The notes under the pieces were generated by a model, which saw only the letters and a list, made by a program, of their open reading frames with translations, was not told the origin of the DNA and did no database searches. Made by a program: the position numbers and the translations under genes. 64,000 nt of DNA from Dehalococcoidia bacterium (GTDB lineage Bacteria > Chloroflexota > Dehalococcoidia > Lucifugimonadales > Australimonadaceae). The first letter of the stretch is position 1, and the number at the start of each line of letters is the position of its first letter. The stretch covers positions 628,496 to 692,495 of the forward strand of contig CBDCOP010000006.1 of assembly GCA_965219845.1 (NCBI GenBank), written 5' to 3'. Shown one piece after another: positions 34,217-43,414 of this stretch.

Positions 34217-34378
34217 ATGTCACACATCACTATCGACATCGACGATGCCGCATGTGCCGAGGTCATGCGGCGGTACCGGTTCGCCAGCAAGCGGGAGGCG
34301 GTCAACTTCGCCCTGCGAACACTGGCGGGCGAAGCCTCGTCTCTCGATGAGGCCCGCGCCATGCGCGGAGCCGGTTGA
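34217..34378 (+). pseudogene. DUF2191/Arc-type VapB antitoxin remnant, truncated at the conserved C-terminal Trp codon
   Basis: 'MSHITIDIDDAACAEVMRRYRFASKREAVNFALRTLAGE...AMRGAG*'. The stop TGA sits where the family has 'GWEGDL', and the next in-frame codons read 'EGDLAAMR'. No PIN partner follows. Confidence 0.5.
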
Positions 34379-35139
34379 GAGGGCGACCTCGCCGCGATGC
34401 GCGCCGCTCACCCTTGAACCTCACCGTCATCGTTCCCGCGTTCAACGAGTCCGCGTACCTACCGGCGATGCTGGACGCCATCGAGTCCGCAGCAACGCAC
34501 GTGCGCGCCCGCTCCGGCGTGGAGGTCGACACGATCGTCGTCGACAACAACAGCACCGACGACACCGCCGCCGTCGCCCGGACCAAGGGCGCGGTGGTCG
34601 TGCACGAGCCGGTGCAGGGCATCGCGCTGGCACGCAACGCCGGAGCGCATCACGCGCAGGGCGACGTGCCGGTCTTCGTCGACGCGGACACGCTCGTGCC
34701 CCTTACACTCCTCGAAGCCATCCGCGACACGATGAGCGACCCTGCCTGCGTGGGCGGTGGCGTAGACGTCGAGTACCAGCCCCGGCGCCGCTTCATGCGG
34801 CTCTACCTCCGCGGCTGGCGAGTGCTCGCGCGGCGCATGGCACTGGTGCAGGGTGCGACGCAGTTCTGCAGCAGGGACGTCTTCGAACAGGGCGGCGGCT
34901 ATGACGAGCAGGCGTGGATAGGCGAGGACGTCGATTTCTACCGGGCCCTTCAGCGGTGCGCCAGGGCGAGCGGCGGCACCGTGCGGTTGCTGCGGGAGCC
35001 CCGCGTGCGAGCCTCGTTCCGGCGCTTCGACAAGTGGCCGCTGTGGAAGACGCTGCTCTGGACGAACCCGCTCTTCATCGCGCTGTTCCGCCGCCGCAAG
35101 GCGTCCTGGACAGGCTGGTACCGGCGTCCGGTGCGGTAG
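34375..35139 (+). CDS. Family 2 glycosyltransferase
   Basis: 'LTVIVPAFNESAYLPAML', 'VVDNNSTDDT' and 'VFVDADT' (DxD). The start is uncertain (TTG 34375 or TTG 34414). Confidence 0.8.
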   Translation: MRGRPRRDARRSPLNLTVIVPAFNESAYLPAMLDAIESAATHVRARSGVEVDTIVVDNNSTDDTAAVARTKGAVVVHEPVQGIALARNAGAHHAQGDVPVFVDADTLVPLTLLEAIRDTMSDPACVGGGVDVEYQPRRRFMRLYLRGWRVLARRMALVQGATQFCSRDVFEQGGGYDEQAWIGEDVDFYRALQRCARASGGTVRLLREPRVRASFRRFDKWPLWKTLLWTNPLFIALFRRRKASWTGWYRRPVR

Positions 35140-35191
35140 GCTGCAGGGCCGGAGTCACGCTCCCACGGACCACGCCTTGGCGCGGGCCCGT

Positions 35192-35872
35192 CTAGGCGCG
35201 CTCCGTCACGACGATGTTGTCCAACAGGCCGTTCCGAACTGCCCAGAGCACCATCTCCTGCTTCGACTTAATCCCCAACTTGCTCTGGATACGGTAGACC
35301 GTGTTCCGGACCGTCAACGGCCGGTTGCCCCTGAGATCGGCGATAGCCGCGTACGACTTCCCTTGGGCAAACAAGGTCAGTATCTCCTGTTCTCTCACCG
35401 TGAGCTTCCGCAAGTCTTTCCTGTCGGTCCGGCGCGCCTTCGCGCGGATACCGGCGAACACACGGTTCGTGATGTCTCCGGGTATGCAGTACTCTCCCTC
35501 CGCAACCCGCTTCACCGTCTCGAGCAGTCTGTCCCTCCCGGAGTACTTCTGCAGGTATCCCGTCGCCCCCGCCGCGACCGCATCTATGACGGTATCGGCC
35601 TCCGTCGCAGCGGTCAGGACGAGCACTCTGGTCTCCGGCCTCGCCTCCACGATCTCCCGGCACGCATCAATGCCGTCCTTCACTGGCATGAAGACGTCCA
35701 TGATGACCACGTCCGGTCTGAGATTCCCCGCCGCACTGACGGCCTCCTCGCCGTCCTTCGCATGCCCCACGACTTCGAAGTCCCCTGAGCCCTCCAATAT
35801 CTCCCGGAGTCCGTCCCGCATGATCTCGTGGTCGTCCACGATCAGCACGCCTACCCGTTCTGTTGCAGCCAT
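35192..35872 (-). CDS. NarL/LuxR-family response regulator
   Basis: Trimmed to 'MAATERVGVLIVDDHEIMRDGL'. It has a REC domain ('DVVIMDVFMPVKDG') plus a LuxR HTH ('LTVREQEILTLFAQGKSYAAIA'). Confidence 0.9.
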   Translation of the reverse strand: MAATERVGVLIVDDHEIMRDGLREILEGSGDFEVVGHAKDGEEAVSAAGNLRPDVVIMDVFMPVKDGIDACREIVEARPETRVLVLTAATEADTVIDAVAAGATGYLQKYSGRDRLLETVKRVAEGEYCIPGDITNRVFAGIRAKARRTDRKDLRKLTVREQEILTLFAQGKSYAAIADLRGNRPLTVRNTVYRIQSKLGIKSKQEMVLWAVRNGLLDNIVVTERA

Positions 35873-35874
35873 GT

Positions 35875-37104
35875 TCACCAACCTCCACGGTGTGTTTCGC
35901 CAAGATACGTGTCGTACGGCGCCACGCAAGTTACGGTCGTTCCATTTCCCGGTCCATCGGACCTCGCTTCCAGTTTGCCCCCCACCCGCTCGGCGTCCCT
36001 TCTCATGTTCCTGAAACCATGTCCGCGCTGAGCATAGTCGGATGGAAGGCCGACGCCGTCGTCGGATATCGACATGCGCACACTCTCCCTCCCAAAGTCG
36101 AGTGCGATCGTGACCGTAGTCGCCGACGCATGCCGCATGGCGTTCGTCATCGCGTTGTGCGCGATCGAGAAAAGCAGGCCCCGGGTCACCGCTGGAAGCG
36201 GGGGCTCCCTACCGGACTGCACCACGTCCGCGGGGACCGAGGTGATGGCGGTGAACGCCCCTGCGTGTGCGCCGAGCACTTCGCCAAGCTCGCGTCCGTC
36301 GAATATGAGCCCGCTGTCTATCGGGTGCCGCAGGTCCCACATGGACGCCCTCGACAGCGCGTGCGTCGCCTTGAGCCTCGCGACCTGCTCCTCGTTCGCC
36401 GGGCCGGCCGCCGCGATCGCCGATTCGATGCCGAGCCCGATCATGTACGCGGATTGAGCGACCGTGTCATGGATGGTCTGGGAAAGCTCGATGCGCTCTT
36501 TATGGAGCTCCCGTTCCCGCTGAACGGCCATCGTCCTCCTGATGCGCTCGAACCTGGAGATCAGGTTGACCACCACCACCACTCCGTACATGGCGGCGAT
36601 CCTGACGAACAACGCCTTCTCTTCCCTCTCATCGAATTCGAGTCCCTCCCCGAACGTCAGGCTCACGGCAGCATAGCCTGCTGCCACCACGGTCACCCAC
36701 AGGAAACTGATCCTGGACGAGGTGCACATCACCGCGAACATGCCCAAGGCCGGGTAACACAGCACGAAGAAGAAGGCTTCGAATCCACCGTCCACCGCGA
36801 TAGCTGCAATGGTGAGGGCGATCTCCGTGGTACTGAGTGCAAACAACCAATGCCACGTCACCCCTATCCCAGTCCGAAGCCGGTAGTGAACGTATCCATT
36901 TAGAGTAATCGCAACCAAGTAGCAGGGGATGAAAAGGATATACGCGTCTGCGAAGTCCGGCCGGTAGGTAAGCAGGATCAGGACGGCCCCAAGGACGAAC
37001 CACCGTACCCTGACCGAGATCACCGCTGCATGACGCAGCCCTTCCGGGTCGGTCCACTCCGGCATTCCGGCGCGCTGAGGTAGGGGTTCGGTGTAGGCAT
37101 TCAT
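35875..37104 (-). CDS. Sensor histidine kinase (HisKA_3/NarX-DesK type) with a polytopic membrane N-terminus
   Basis: Trimmed to MNAYTEP (CAT 37102-04). It has about 5 TM helices, the H-box 'IHDTVAQSAY', and the HATPase motifs 'HNAMTNAMRHA' and 'DDGVGLP'. Its stop lies 3 nt before the response-regulator start. Confidence 0.85.
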   Translation of the reverse strand: MNAYTEPLPQRAGMPEWTDPEGLRHAAVISVRVRWFVLGAVLILLTYRPDFADAYILFIPCYLVAITLNGYVHYRLRTGIGVTWHWLFALSTTEIALTIAAIAVDGGFEAFFFVLCYPALGMFAVMCTSSRISFLWVTVVAAGYAAVSLTFGEGLEFDEREEKALFVRIAAMYGVVVVVNLISRFERIRRTMAVQRERELHKERIELSQTIHDTVAQSAYMIGLGIESAIAAAGPANEEQVARLKATHALSRASMWDLRHPIDSGLIFDGRELGEVLGAHAGAFTAITSVPADVVQSGREPPLPAVTRGLLFSIAHNAMTNAMRHASATTVTIALDFGRESVRMSISDDGVGLPSDYAQRGHGFRNMRRDAERVGGKLEARSDGPGNGTTVTCVAPYDTYLGETHRGGW

Positions 37105-37197
37105 CGAAGTCGAACTCTCTCGGTGTGCAGGGCTCGCTTGGCGCGCTGTCCCTTCCACCACTATGATACAGAAGCGCAGGGATAGTGATACAGAATC

Positions 37198-37362
37198 CTA
37201 GGCACTTATGCAAGCGCGGTGCCGGTTCTCTGGCCAGTGCCGGGGCAGCGCTGGTACTAACGTACCCGCGGGGCCCAGCCGGCCGGTCTCGCGGATAGCG
37301 GCGTCGCGGTCCCAGAGCGTGTTGTCGAGGTCGAAGAGCGCGGCGGTGTAGAGAGACAGCAT
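37198..37362 (-). pseudogene. N-terminal fragment of a HAD-family hydrolase
   Basis: It translates to 'MLSLYTAALFDLDNTLWDRDAAIRE...' (HAD motif I DxDxT), then loses similarity and stops after 54 codons. Confidence 0.35.
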
Positions 37363-37377
37363 GTTCCTCCGTTGCTA

Positions 37378-38058
37378 TCAGCATTCGGCAAGTCCTAGCA
37401 GTGCAGGAAGCGAGGCCATGTCGGTGAACCGCGTAACTCCCCTGGAGTCGGCGACATCACTGGTCGGGCTCGCTACGTATGCCAGTATCCACATACCAGC
37501 TGCCAGGGCGGCCTGGACCCCTGCGTCGCTGTCCTCTATGACCACGCAATCCGACGGAGCGAATCCCATCGTCTCCGCGGCGTGGAGGAACACGTCGGGA
37601 TAGGGCTTGCCGCGCGCCACCATCGCAGCACTGAACATCCGCCCTTCGAACCGATCGTAGAGGCCGGTGAGTTTCAGCCGCTGCGCTATCGCGTCGGGAG
37701 AGCCGTTCGAACCCACGCAGACCGCCATCCCCGAAGCCGCGACCGCGCGCACTGCGTCAGCGACGCCGGGGATCGCACGGAGTCCATCCTCCACCGCGAT
37801 TCGTGCCCCTTCTTCAAACAGACTCACGATGTCGTCCGGCAACTGCACGCCCCAATGCGTCAGCACAGTATCGTGGATCTGATTATTGGAGACCCCGTGA
37901 AAGCGTGCCTGTATCTCGTCCAACTCCAGCCGCAGGCCGTAGCGCGCGAGAACGCGCTGCATCGCCCGGCTGGTCAAAGGCTCGCTGTCGACCAACACGC
38001 CATCACAATCGAAGATCACCAGCTTGAGTTGGGGCAGTTGAGGGGAGTTACCTGTCAT
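37378..38058 (-). CDS. HAD-family hydrolase (beta-phosphoglucomutase-like subfamily)
   Basis: 226 aa with 'LVIFDCDGVLVDSE', 'VGSNG' and 'VVIEDSDAGVQAALAAGM'. Confidence 0.85.
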   Translation of the reverse strand: MTGNSPQLPQLKLVIFDCDGVLVDSEPLTSRAMQRVLARYGLRLELDEIQARFHGVSNNQIHDTVLTHWGVQLPDDIVSLFEEGARIAVEDGLRAIPGVADAVRAVAASGMAVCVGSNGSPDAIAQRLKLTGLYDRFEGRMFSAAMVARGKPYPDVFLHAAETMGFAPSDCVVIEDSDAGVQAALAAGMWILAYVASPTSDVADSRGVTRFTDMASLPALLGLAEC

Positions 38059-38082
38059 CGGTTTCCATCTGCATCAACCACG

Positions 38083-38676
38083 CTAGAGCAACGGCACGTG
38101 GGACGCTGCGGTCCTCGCCAGCAAGCCGGTGACCCTCGGGTCGTCCATGACCTCGACCTGCCTGCGGAACGGCACGAACCCGGAGCGGATGTAGAAGTCC
38201 AGCGCTCCAGGGTGATCGAGGGAGCACGTGTGCACCCACAGCCTACGGATGGGACGTGCCCACGCGAATTCCAGCGTCCGGTTCATCATCCACCGGCCGG
38301 CTCCCCGGCCAACCATCGCCGGAGTCAGTCCGAAGAAGCTGAGTTCACACTCGCCTTCGGTGCGGAAGTCGAGTTCCGCCAGGCCTTCCCCCTGCCCTTC
38401 TGCTTCGAAGACATACGCCTCATAGAGAGGGGCGCTGAGGACAGCCCGGACCTCGTCGTCGCTCATCTGCAGGCGTGAAGACCATAGCCAGTTCTCGCCG
38501 ATCAGCCTGAACAGGGTGCGGTACCGGTCTACGGCAGCGGGGTCTACCTTGCGGAGAGTCCACGCCGCCTCCGAGCGTTCCGGACGCGCGGGCGGGCGTT
38601 GGAACATCTGCAGGTGCGTTACGACCGATGCAGTTTTGCCGCTGGGGATGTCGCTGTAGCCGTCCGGGATCTCCAT
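38083..38676 (-). CDS. GNAT-family N-acetyltransferase
   Basis: Trimmed to MEIPDGY (CAT 38674-76). It has the acetyl-CoA motif 'VGRGAGRWMM'. It starts 3 nt after the upstream gene's stop. Confidence 0.75.
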   Translation of the reverse strand: MEIPDGYSDIPSGKTASVVTHLQMFQRPPARPERSEAAWTLRKVDPAAVDRYRTLFRLIGENWLWSSRLQMSDDEVRAVLSAPLYEAYVFEAEGQGEGLAELDFRTEGECELSFFGLTPAMVGRGAGRWMMNRTLEFAWARPIRRLWVHTCSLDHPGALDFYIRSGFVPFRRQVEVMDDPRVTGLLARTAASHVPLL

Positions 38677-38678
38677 CT

Positions 38679-40199
38679 CTAGTCCTGGTGGTAGTACTCC
38701 AGGCCGAGATGGGTGATCTGCTCCTCGCCCATCATCCAGCGGAGCGTGTTCTTGAGCTTGGTCTGCTGGATGAACAGGTCGTGCTCTGGGTAGAGGTTCC
38801 GTGCGTGCTGCGGGCTCTTGAAGTAGAACGAGAGCCACTCCTGGATGCCCGACATCCCGGCGCGCTGTGCCAGGTCCATGAACAGGATGAGGTCCAGCAC
38901 AATGGGAGCGGCGAGGATCGAGTCGGAGCAGAGGAAGTCGATCTTCATCTGCATGGGATGGCGCAGCCACCCGAAGATGTCGACGTTGTCCCAGCCCTCC
39001 TTGGCGTCGCCGCGCGGCGGGTAGTAGTTGATGCGCACCTTGTGGTAAGCGTCTGCGTAAAGGCTGGGGTACATCTCCGGCTGCAGGATGTGCTCCAGCA
39101 CGCCGAGCTTGGACTCTTCCTTCGTCCTGAAGTTCTCCGGTTCGTCGAGCACTTCGCCGTCGCGGTTGCCGAGGATGTTGGTGGAGAACCAGCCGTTCAG
39201 TCCCAGCATCCGCGCCTTCAGCATCGGGCCGATGACGGTCTTCACAAGCGTCTGGCCGGTCTTGAAGTCCTTGCCGCAGATGGGCACGCCCTGCTCACGC
39301 GCGAGCCGCTCGAGCGCCGGTATGTCGACGGTCAGGTTCGGCGCGCCATTGATGTAAGGAATGCCCTCCTGCAGCGCGGCGTAGGCGTAGATCATGGACG
39401 GCGCGATGTTCGGGTCGCTCGCGTGGAGCGCGGAAACGAAGCTCTCGATGTCCTCGTGTATCTCGCTCTCTGTAATGAATTTCTCGGTGGACGCGCACCA
39501 GATCATCACGAGCCGGTCGCACCTGTTCTCAGTCTTGAACCGGCGTATGTCCTGGCGGATCGTCTCGACGGCATCGAGCTTGCTCTCGAACGACTTTACA
39601 TTCGTCCCGTCGATACGCTTGGCATAGTCCTGATCGAAGACGGCCGGAATCGGCTCTATCGCTTTCAGGAAGTCCGCGATGGGCTCGATCTCGTCGTTCT
39701 TGTCCAGTACGCCCGCCCTGAGCGCGGCCTCGTACGCGTTGTCCGGTATCGGGTCCCACGCGCCGAAGACGAGCTGGTCAAGCTCCGCGAGCGGGACGAA
39801 CTCCTTGATGAGCGGGGCGCGGCTGTCCGTGCGCCTGCCGAGTCGGATGGTCGCCATCTGCGTGAGCGACCCCACGGGTTCGCCGGAGCCGCGGCGGATG
39901 TGCTCGACGCCCGCGATGACGGTCGACGACACGGCGCCCAACCCCACCATCAGGACGCCGAGCCTGCCCTCCGCAGGTTCGACGCCGTTCGCAGTCGACG
40001 CTACGAAGTCCCTGGGTTCGAGGCCGATGCCGCGTCGGCGGGCAAGGTCCATGAGCGTCCCGTGCCACTGCGCGGGGATCCTCCCCGTCCTGGCCCAGTG
40101 CTGTACCGTGCTCTGGCGTCTGCCCAGCAGCGCGGCGAGCGCGGACTGCCCTCCGAAACGGTCGATGATCTGCCTTGCGGTGTTCTGTTGTGTACTCAT
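38679..40199 (-). CDS. ino1: Inositol-3-phosphate synthase (MIPS) with an N-terminal Cro/YdaS-like HTH extension
   Basis: The MIPS pattern runs from 'LGVLMVGLGAVSSTVIAG' to the C-terminus ('NGAPN', 'GKDFKTGQT', 'SDSILAAPIVLDL'). The first ~65 aa, 'IIDRFGGQSALAALLGRRQSTVQHWARTGRIPAQW', are HTH-like. The start was set at ATG 40199 (MSTQQ) because the ORF-track TTG 40235 is the -35 box of a consensus promoter. Confidence 0.85.
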   Translation of the reverse strand: MSTQQNTARQIIDRFGGQSALAALLGRRQSTVQHWARTGRIPAQWHGTLMDLARRRGIGLEPRDFVASTANGVEPAEGRLGVLMVGLGAVSSTVIAGVEHIRRGSGEPVGSLTQMATIRLGRRTDSRAPLIKEFVPLAELDQLVFGAWDPIPDNAYEAALRAGVLDKNDEIEPIADFLKAIEPIPAVFDQDYAKRIDGTNVKSFESKLDAVETIRQDIRRFKTENRCDRLVMIWCASTEKFITESEIHEDIESFVSALHASDPNIAPSMIYAYAALQEGIPYINGAPNLTVDIPALERLAREQGVPICGKDFKTGQTLVKTVIGPMLKARMLGLNGWFSTNILGNRDGEVLDEPENFRTKEESKLGVLEHILQPEMYPSLYADAYHKVRINYYPPRGDAKEGWDNVDIFGWLRHPMQMKIDFLCSDSILAAPIVLDLILFMDLAQRAGMSGIQEWLSFYFKSPQHARNLYPEHDLFIQQTKLKNTLRWMMGEEQITHLGLEYYHQD

Positions 40200-40206
40200 G
40201 GCAAGC

Positions 40207-40235
40207 AGTCTACCGATAAAATCGTTAGATGTCAA
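40207..40235 (-). promoter_or_regulatory. Near-consensus sigma70 promoter giving a leaderless or very short-leader mRNA
   Basis: On the minus strand: TTGACA (40235-40230), a 17-nt spacer, TAGACT (40212-40207), 7 nt, then ATG (40199). Confidence 0.55.
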
Positions 40236-40308
40236 GCCACATCAATGCAGAGGACACGGATGTAGGGGTTGCATTGCTGTGGTTCGTGGACCTACCGGCT
40301 GGGTGGAA

Positions 40309-40650
40309 TCACGCTTCGTCAAGCAGCGCGTCTACCTCCCGTGCGAGCATCGGAAGGCTGTTTTCGACGATGTTCCAGACGATCCTGTTGTCCACATGGG
40401 CGTATCCATGCGCGAGGAGGTTGCGAAAACCGATGATCTTTCGGTATTCGCTGATCCGGTCAGCGGTAAGCTCATCCTCGTCTGCCAACCCAGAGAGAGC
40501 GACTCCGACGATCTCGAATTTGCGTTCCACGGCATCACGAAGCATCTCTTCCGCCTCATAGCCGCTGAACTGTTTGCCTGCGGTGTATCTTCCCAGACTC
40601 CGTATCGCCCCCTGTATGTCGACGAGGTATTTCCGGGCTTCACGCTGCAT
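40309..40650 (-). CDS. hepT: HepT/DUF86-family toxin (HEPN nuclease)
   Basis: 113 aa with the R(x)4HxY motif 'RNLLAHGY'. It overlaps the upstream MNT gene by 11 nt. Confidence 0.8.
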   Translation of the reverse strand: MQREARKYLVDIQGAIRSLGRYTAGKQFSGYEAEEMLRDAVERKFEIVGVALSGLADEDELTADRISEYRKIIGFRNLLAHGYAHVDNRIVWNIVENSLPMLAREVDALLDEA

Positions 40651-40963
40651 AGACCGGTTCTCTGCTCTCCTTCACAGAGTCGCGGAAGTAGGGATTGTCC
40701 AGAGAAGACTCGGTGACCACGTCAACGTGCCGCCCGAACAACTCCTGCAAGCCAGACAGCAGAGCGAAGTAGTCGTCCGCTATCTGTGAATCGAACGCTG
40801 GTTGGAATTCCACGAGAAAGTCAAGGTCGCTGTCCGGCCCAAAACGGCGGGCGTCCGTCGCTGATCCGAACACATCCAACCGGAGCACGTGGAAGCGGCG
40901 GCATAGCTCCTGTAGCTCCGCGGTGTGATCTGCGATGAGTTGTACCATAGGTAGGTTCCTCAA
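40640..40963 (-). CDS. mntA: MntA-type nucleotidyltransferase antitoxin
   Basis: 'LRLDVFGSATDARRFGPDSDLDFLVEF' matches the minimal nucleotidyltransferase motif GS...D.D. An alternative start is at 40948 (MVQLIADH). Confidence 0.8.
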   Translation of the reverse strand: MRNLPMVQLIADHTAELQELCRRFHVLRLDVFGSATDARRFGPDSDLDFLVEFQPAFDSQIADDYFALLSGLQELFGRHVDVVTESSLDNPYFRDSVKESREPVYAA

Positions 40964-40974
40964 CCCGGTTGGCT

Positions 40975-41997
40975 CTATCTATCGTATGGCTCGTGCCCTC
41001 CCCCTGTCCATTCGGGGGTGCCTCCACTACCTCGCATCGCGCCCGCTCCCCCGGCAGCGTGCAGTGCGCCGCTGAACGCCTCGATGGCGCGCAGCGGGTC
41101 TTCGCCCGCTAACTGCACGCGAGCGATGAAGTGACGCGTCGGCGTCTTCTCCGCCAGGGCGAGCACCTTCGCAGCCGCCTCCTGCGGAGTGCCCGCCGCC
41201 ACCATCGCGTCGACCAGGTCGCGCATCTGCGCAGGCGACAGCTCCGTTGCCGCCGAGACATCGGCGAGCGAGGGCATCCGCTTCCGAAGCACACGGGAGA
41301 AGACTCTGTTCCGGCGCCGCAGGTTGGAGAACGCGTACTCCGCGGCGCTCTCGTACGCGCGAACTGCCGACTCCGCCATGAACACCGGCAGCCCCAGAGC
41401 GACCGGGATGCCCTCCCCTTCCCGCCCCGCCGCGAGAGCCCCGGCCTGCACGTGCTCTATCGCCGCGGCCACAACGTCAAGGTCGACGCCTACCATCGCA
41501 TAGACGCCATCGGCGGCGGCGCCTGCGGCCTCCAGCATCCTAGGGCTGCTGCCGTTGATGTAGACGAGCACGGGCGGCTCGAGGGCGAACTCGGTGGCCA
41601 GGGTCCGGCGCACCGTCTCCGTCGTCGCCGCCATCTGCGACACTGTCGCCCCAGGCACGCCTACGTACTGCACCGCGTTCTGCCCGCTCCCCACCACGAG
41701 GCGGGCGCGTCCCGGCGCAAGCTCCCCCAGCGTCGCGGCCAACGTCGCCAGCATGCGGGGGTCGCGCGACACCGGGTTCGCCACCGACGGGAAGAGCGTC
41801 ACCCGTTCCGTACGCTGGGCAGCGAGCGCGAGCCGCACGAAGACATCCCTGCCGGTATGCGGATGATCGGGCATCCCCACGCCCGCGAAACCCAGTTCCT
41901 CAGCCCGCACCGCGAACCGCGACGACTCGACGAGCGGCAGGTTCGTCGGGTCGTTGACGTCGATGCGCAGTCCAGTTTCCGCTGCGGCCTCGGACAT
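40975..41997 (-). CDS. LLM-class flavin/F420-dependent oxidoreductase
   Basis: ORF 40975..42330 trimmed to MSEAAAETGLRI (CAT 41995-97; alternative start 42030). It has 'AEELGFAGVGMPDHPH' and the LLM pattern. Confidence 0.8.
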   Translation of the reverse strand: MSEAAAETGLRIDVNDPTNLPLVESSRFAVRAEELGFAGVGMPDHPHTGRDVFVRLALAAQRTERVTLFPSVANPVSRDPRMLATLAATLGELAPGRARLVVGSGQNAVQYVGVPGATVSQMAATTETVRRTLATEFALEPPVLVYINGSSPRMLEAAGAAADGVYAMVGVDLDVVAAAIEHVQAGALAAGREGEGIPVALGLPVFMAESAVRAYESAAEYAFSNLRRRNRVFSRVLRKRMPSLADVSAATELSPAQMRDLVDAMVAAGTPQEAAAKVLALAEKTPTRHFIARVQLAGEDPLRAIEAFSGALHAAGGAGAMRGSGGTPEWTGGGHEPYDR

Positions 41998-42193
41998 CGC
42001 AGAGCGCCTCCTGAGAATCGCGTCCACCATAGCACCGGCGGACTCCCGCCACCGGGGTGCTACACTCCCGTCATCCCCTCGCCGGAAACGCCGCTGCTTG
42101 CGCCCGCGTACGCTCCTTGCCCACGGTGTGCCGTCGCTCACGCCTGCGTTGGCTGCGGGGCAGTAGAATCGCGGGGAGAGGAGTTGCGGAAGA

Positions 42194-43414
42194 ATGGGCA
42201 TCCACGCCAGGCAGTTCGACCCCGACGACCGCGGGCCGCTGGACGGTCTGCGCGTGCTTGACATGTCGCGGCTCGTCGCCGGGAACATGTTGACCCTCCA
42301 GCTCGGGGACTTCGGCGCCGAGGTCGTCAAGATCGAGGCGCTGCCGAACGGCGACCCGCTGCGAGCATGGGGCGACAGCTCCGTCCAGACGCACTGGAAG
42401 ACCTACTGCCGCAACAAGAAGAGCGTCTCGCTCGATCTGCGAGAGGCCGACGGGCGGGCGCTCGTGCGGCGGCTGGCCGGCGACGCAGACGTCCTCGTCG
42501 AGAACTTCATCCCCGGCCGGTTGGAGGAGATGGGGCTGGCGCCGGAGGTCCTCCACGCGGACAACCCCGGCTTGGTCGTCGTGCGCGTTTCGGGCTTCGG
42601 CCAGACCGGGCCATACCGGGAGCGGCCGGGGTTCGGCACGCTGGTGGAGGCCATGTCCGGGTTCGCGGACCGGAACGGCTTCCCCGACCGCGAGCCCGTC
42701 CTGCCTCCGATGGCGCTCGCGGACATGGCGGCGGGCCTGTACGGCGCGATGGCCGTCCTGATCGCCCTGCGCGAGCGCGAGGTGAAGGGCGGCGCGGGGC
42801 AGGTGATCGACCTCTCGCTCCTCGAACCCGTCTTCTCCATCCTCGGCGCCGACGCTGCCGGCTACCGGATCGACGGCAGCGTGAAGCAGCGCGTCGGCAG
42901 CGCCTCCAACACGGCGTCCCCCCGGAACGTCTACGCCACGAAGGACGGCAAATGGGTGGCCCTCTCGGCCTCCATCCAGTCCATGGCGGAGCGCGTGTTC
43001 AGAGTGGTCGGCAGGGAGGATGCCATCGGAGACCCCCGCTTCCGGAACAACGCCCAGCGGGTGCGGCACCGCGATGAGGTCGACGCCATCATCGGGGGCT
43101 GGATGGCCGAACGCGGACTGGATGAGGCGCTCGCCGAGCTCAACGGCGCGGGAGTGACCGCCGGGCCCGTCTACGACATCGCCCAGTTCCTGGACGACCC
43201 CCACGTCATCGAGCGCGAGGTGGTGGTCGACCTCCCGGACGAGGACGTGGGAACGCTCCCGGCGCACAACATCCTGCCCCGGCTCTCGCGGACGCCGGGC
43301 ACCTTCCGCTACCCCGCGCCCAGGCTGGGGCAGCACAACGACGAGATATTCGGCGGCGCGGGCGTCTCCGCCGAAGAGCTGGCCGATCTCCGAGCGCGAG
43401 GTGTTATCGGATGA
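42194..43414 (+). CDS. CaiB/BaiF family III CoA-transferase
   Basis: 406 aa with 'GPLDGLRVLDMSRLVAGNMLTLQLGDFGAEVVKIE' and 'ADVLVENFIPG'. Confidence 0.9.
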   Translation: MGIHARQFDPDDRGPLDGLRVLDMSRLVAGNMLTLQLGDFGAEVVKIEALPNGDPLRAWGDSSVQTHWKTYCRNKKSVSLDLREADGRALVRRLAGDADVLVENFIPGRLEEMGLAPEVLHADNPGLVVVRVSGFGQTGPYRERPGFGTLVEAMSGFADRNGFPDREPVLPPMALADMAAGLYGAMAVLIALREREVKGGAGQVIDLSLLEPVFSILGADAAGYRIDGSVKQRVGSASNTASPRNVYATKDGKWVALSASIQSMAERVFRVVGREDAIGDPRFRNNAQRVRHRDEVDAIIGGWMAERGLDEALAELNGAGVTAGPVYDIAQFLDDPHVIEREVVVDLPDEDVGTLPAHNILPRLSRTPGTFRYPAPRLGQHNDEIFGGAGVSAEELADLRARGVIG

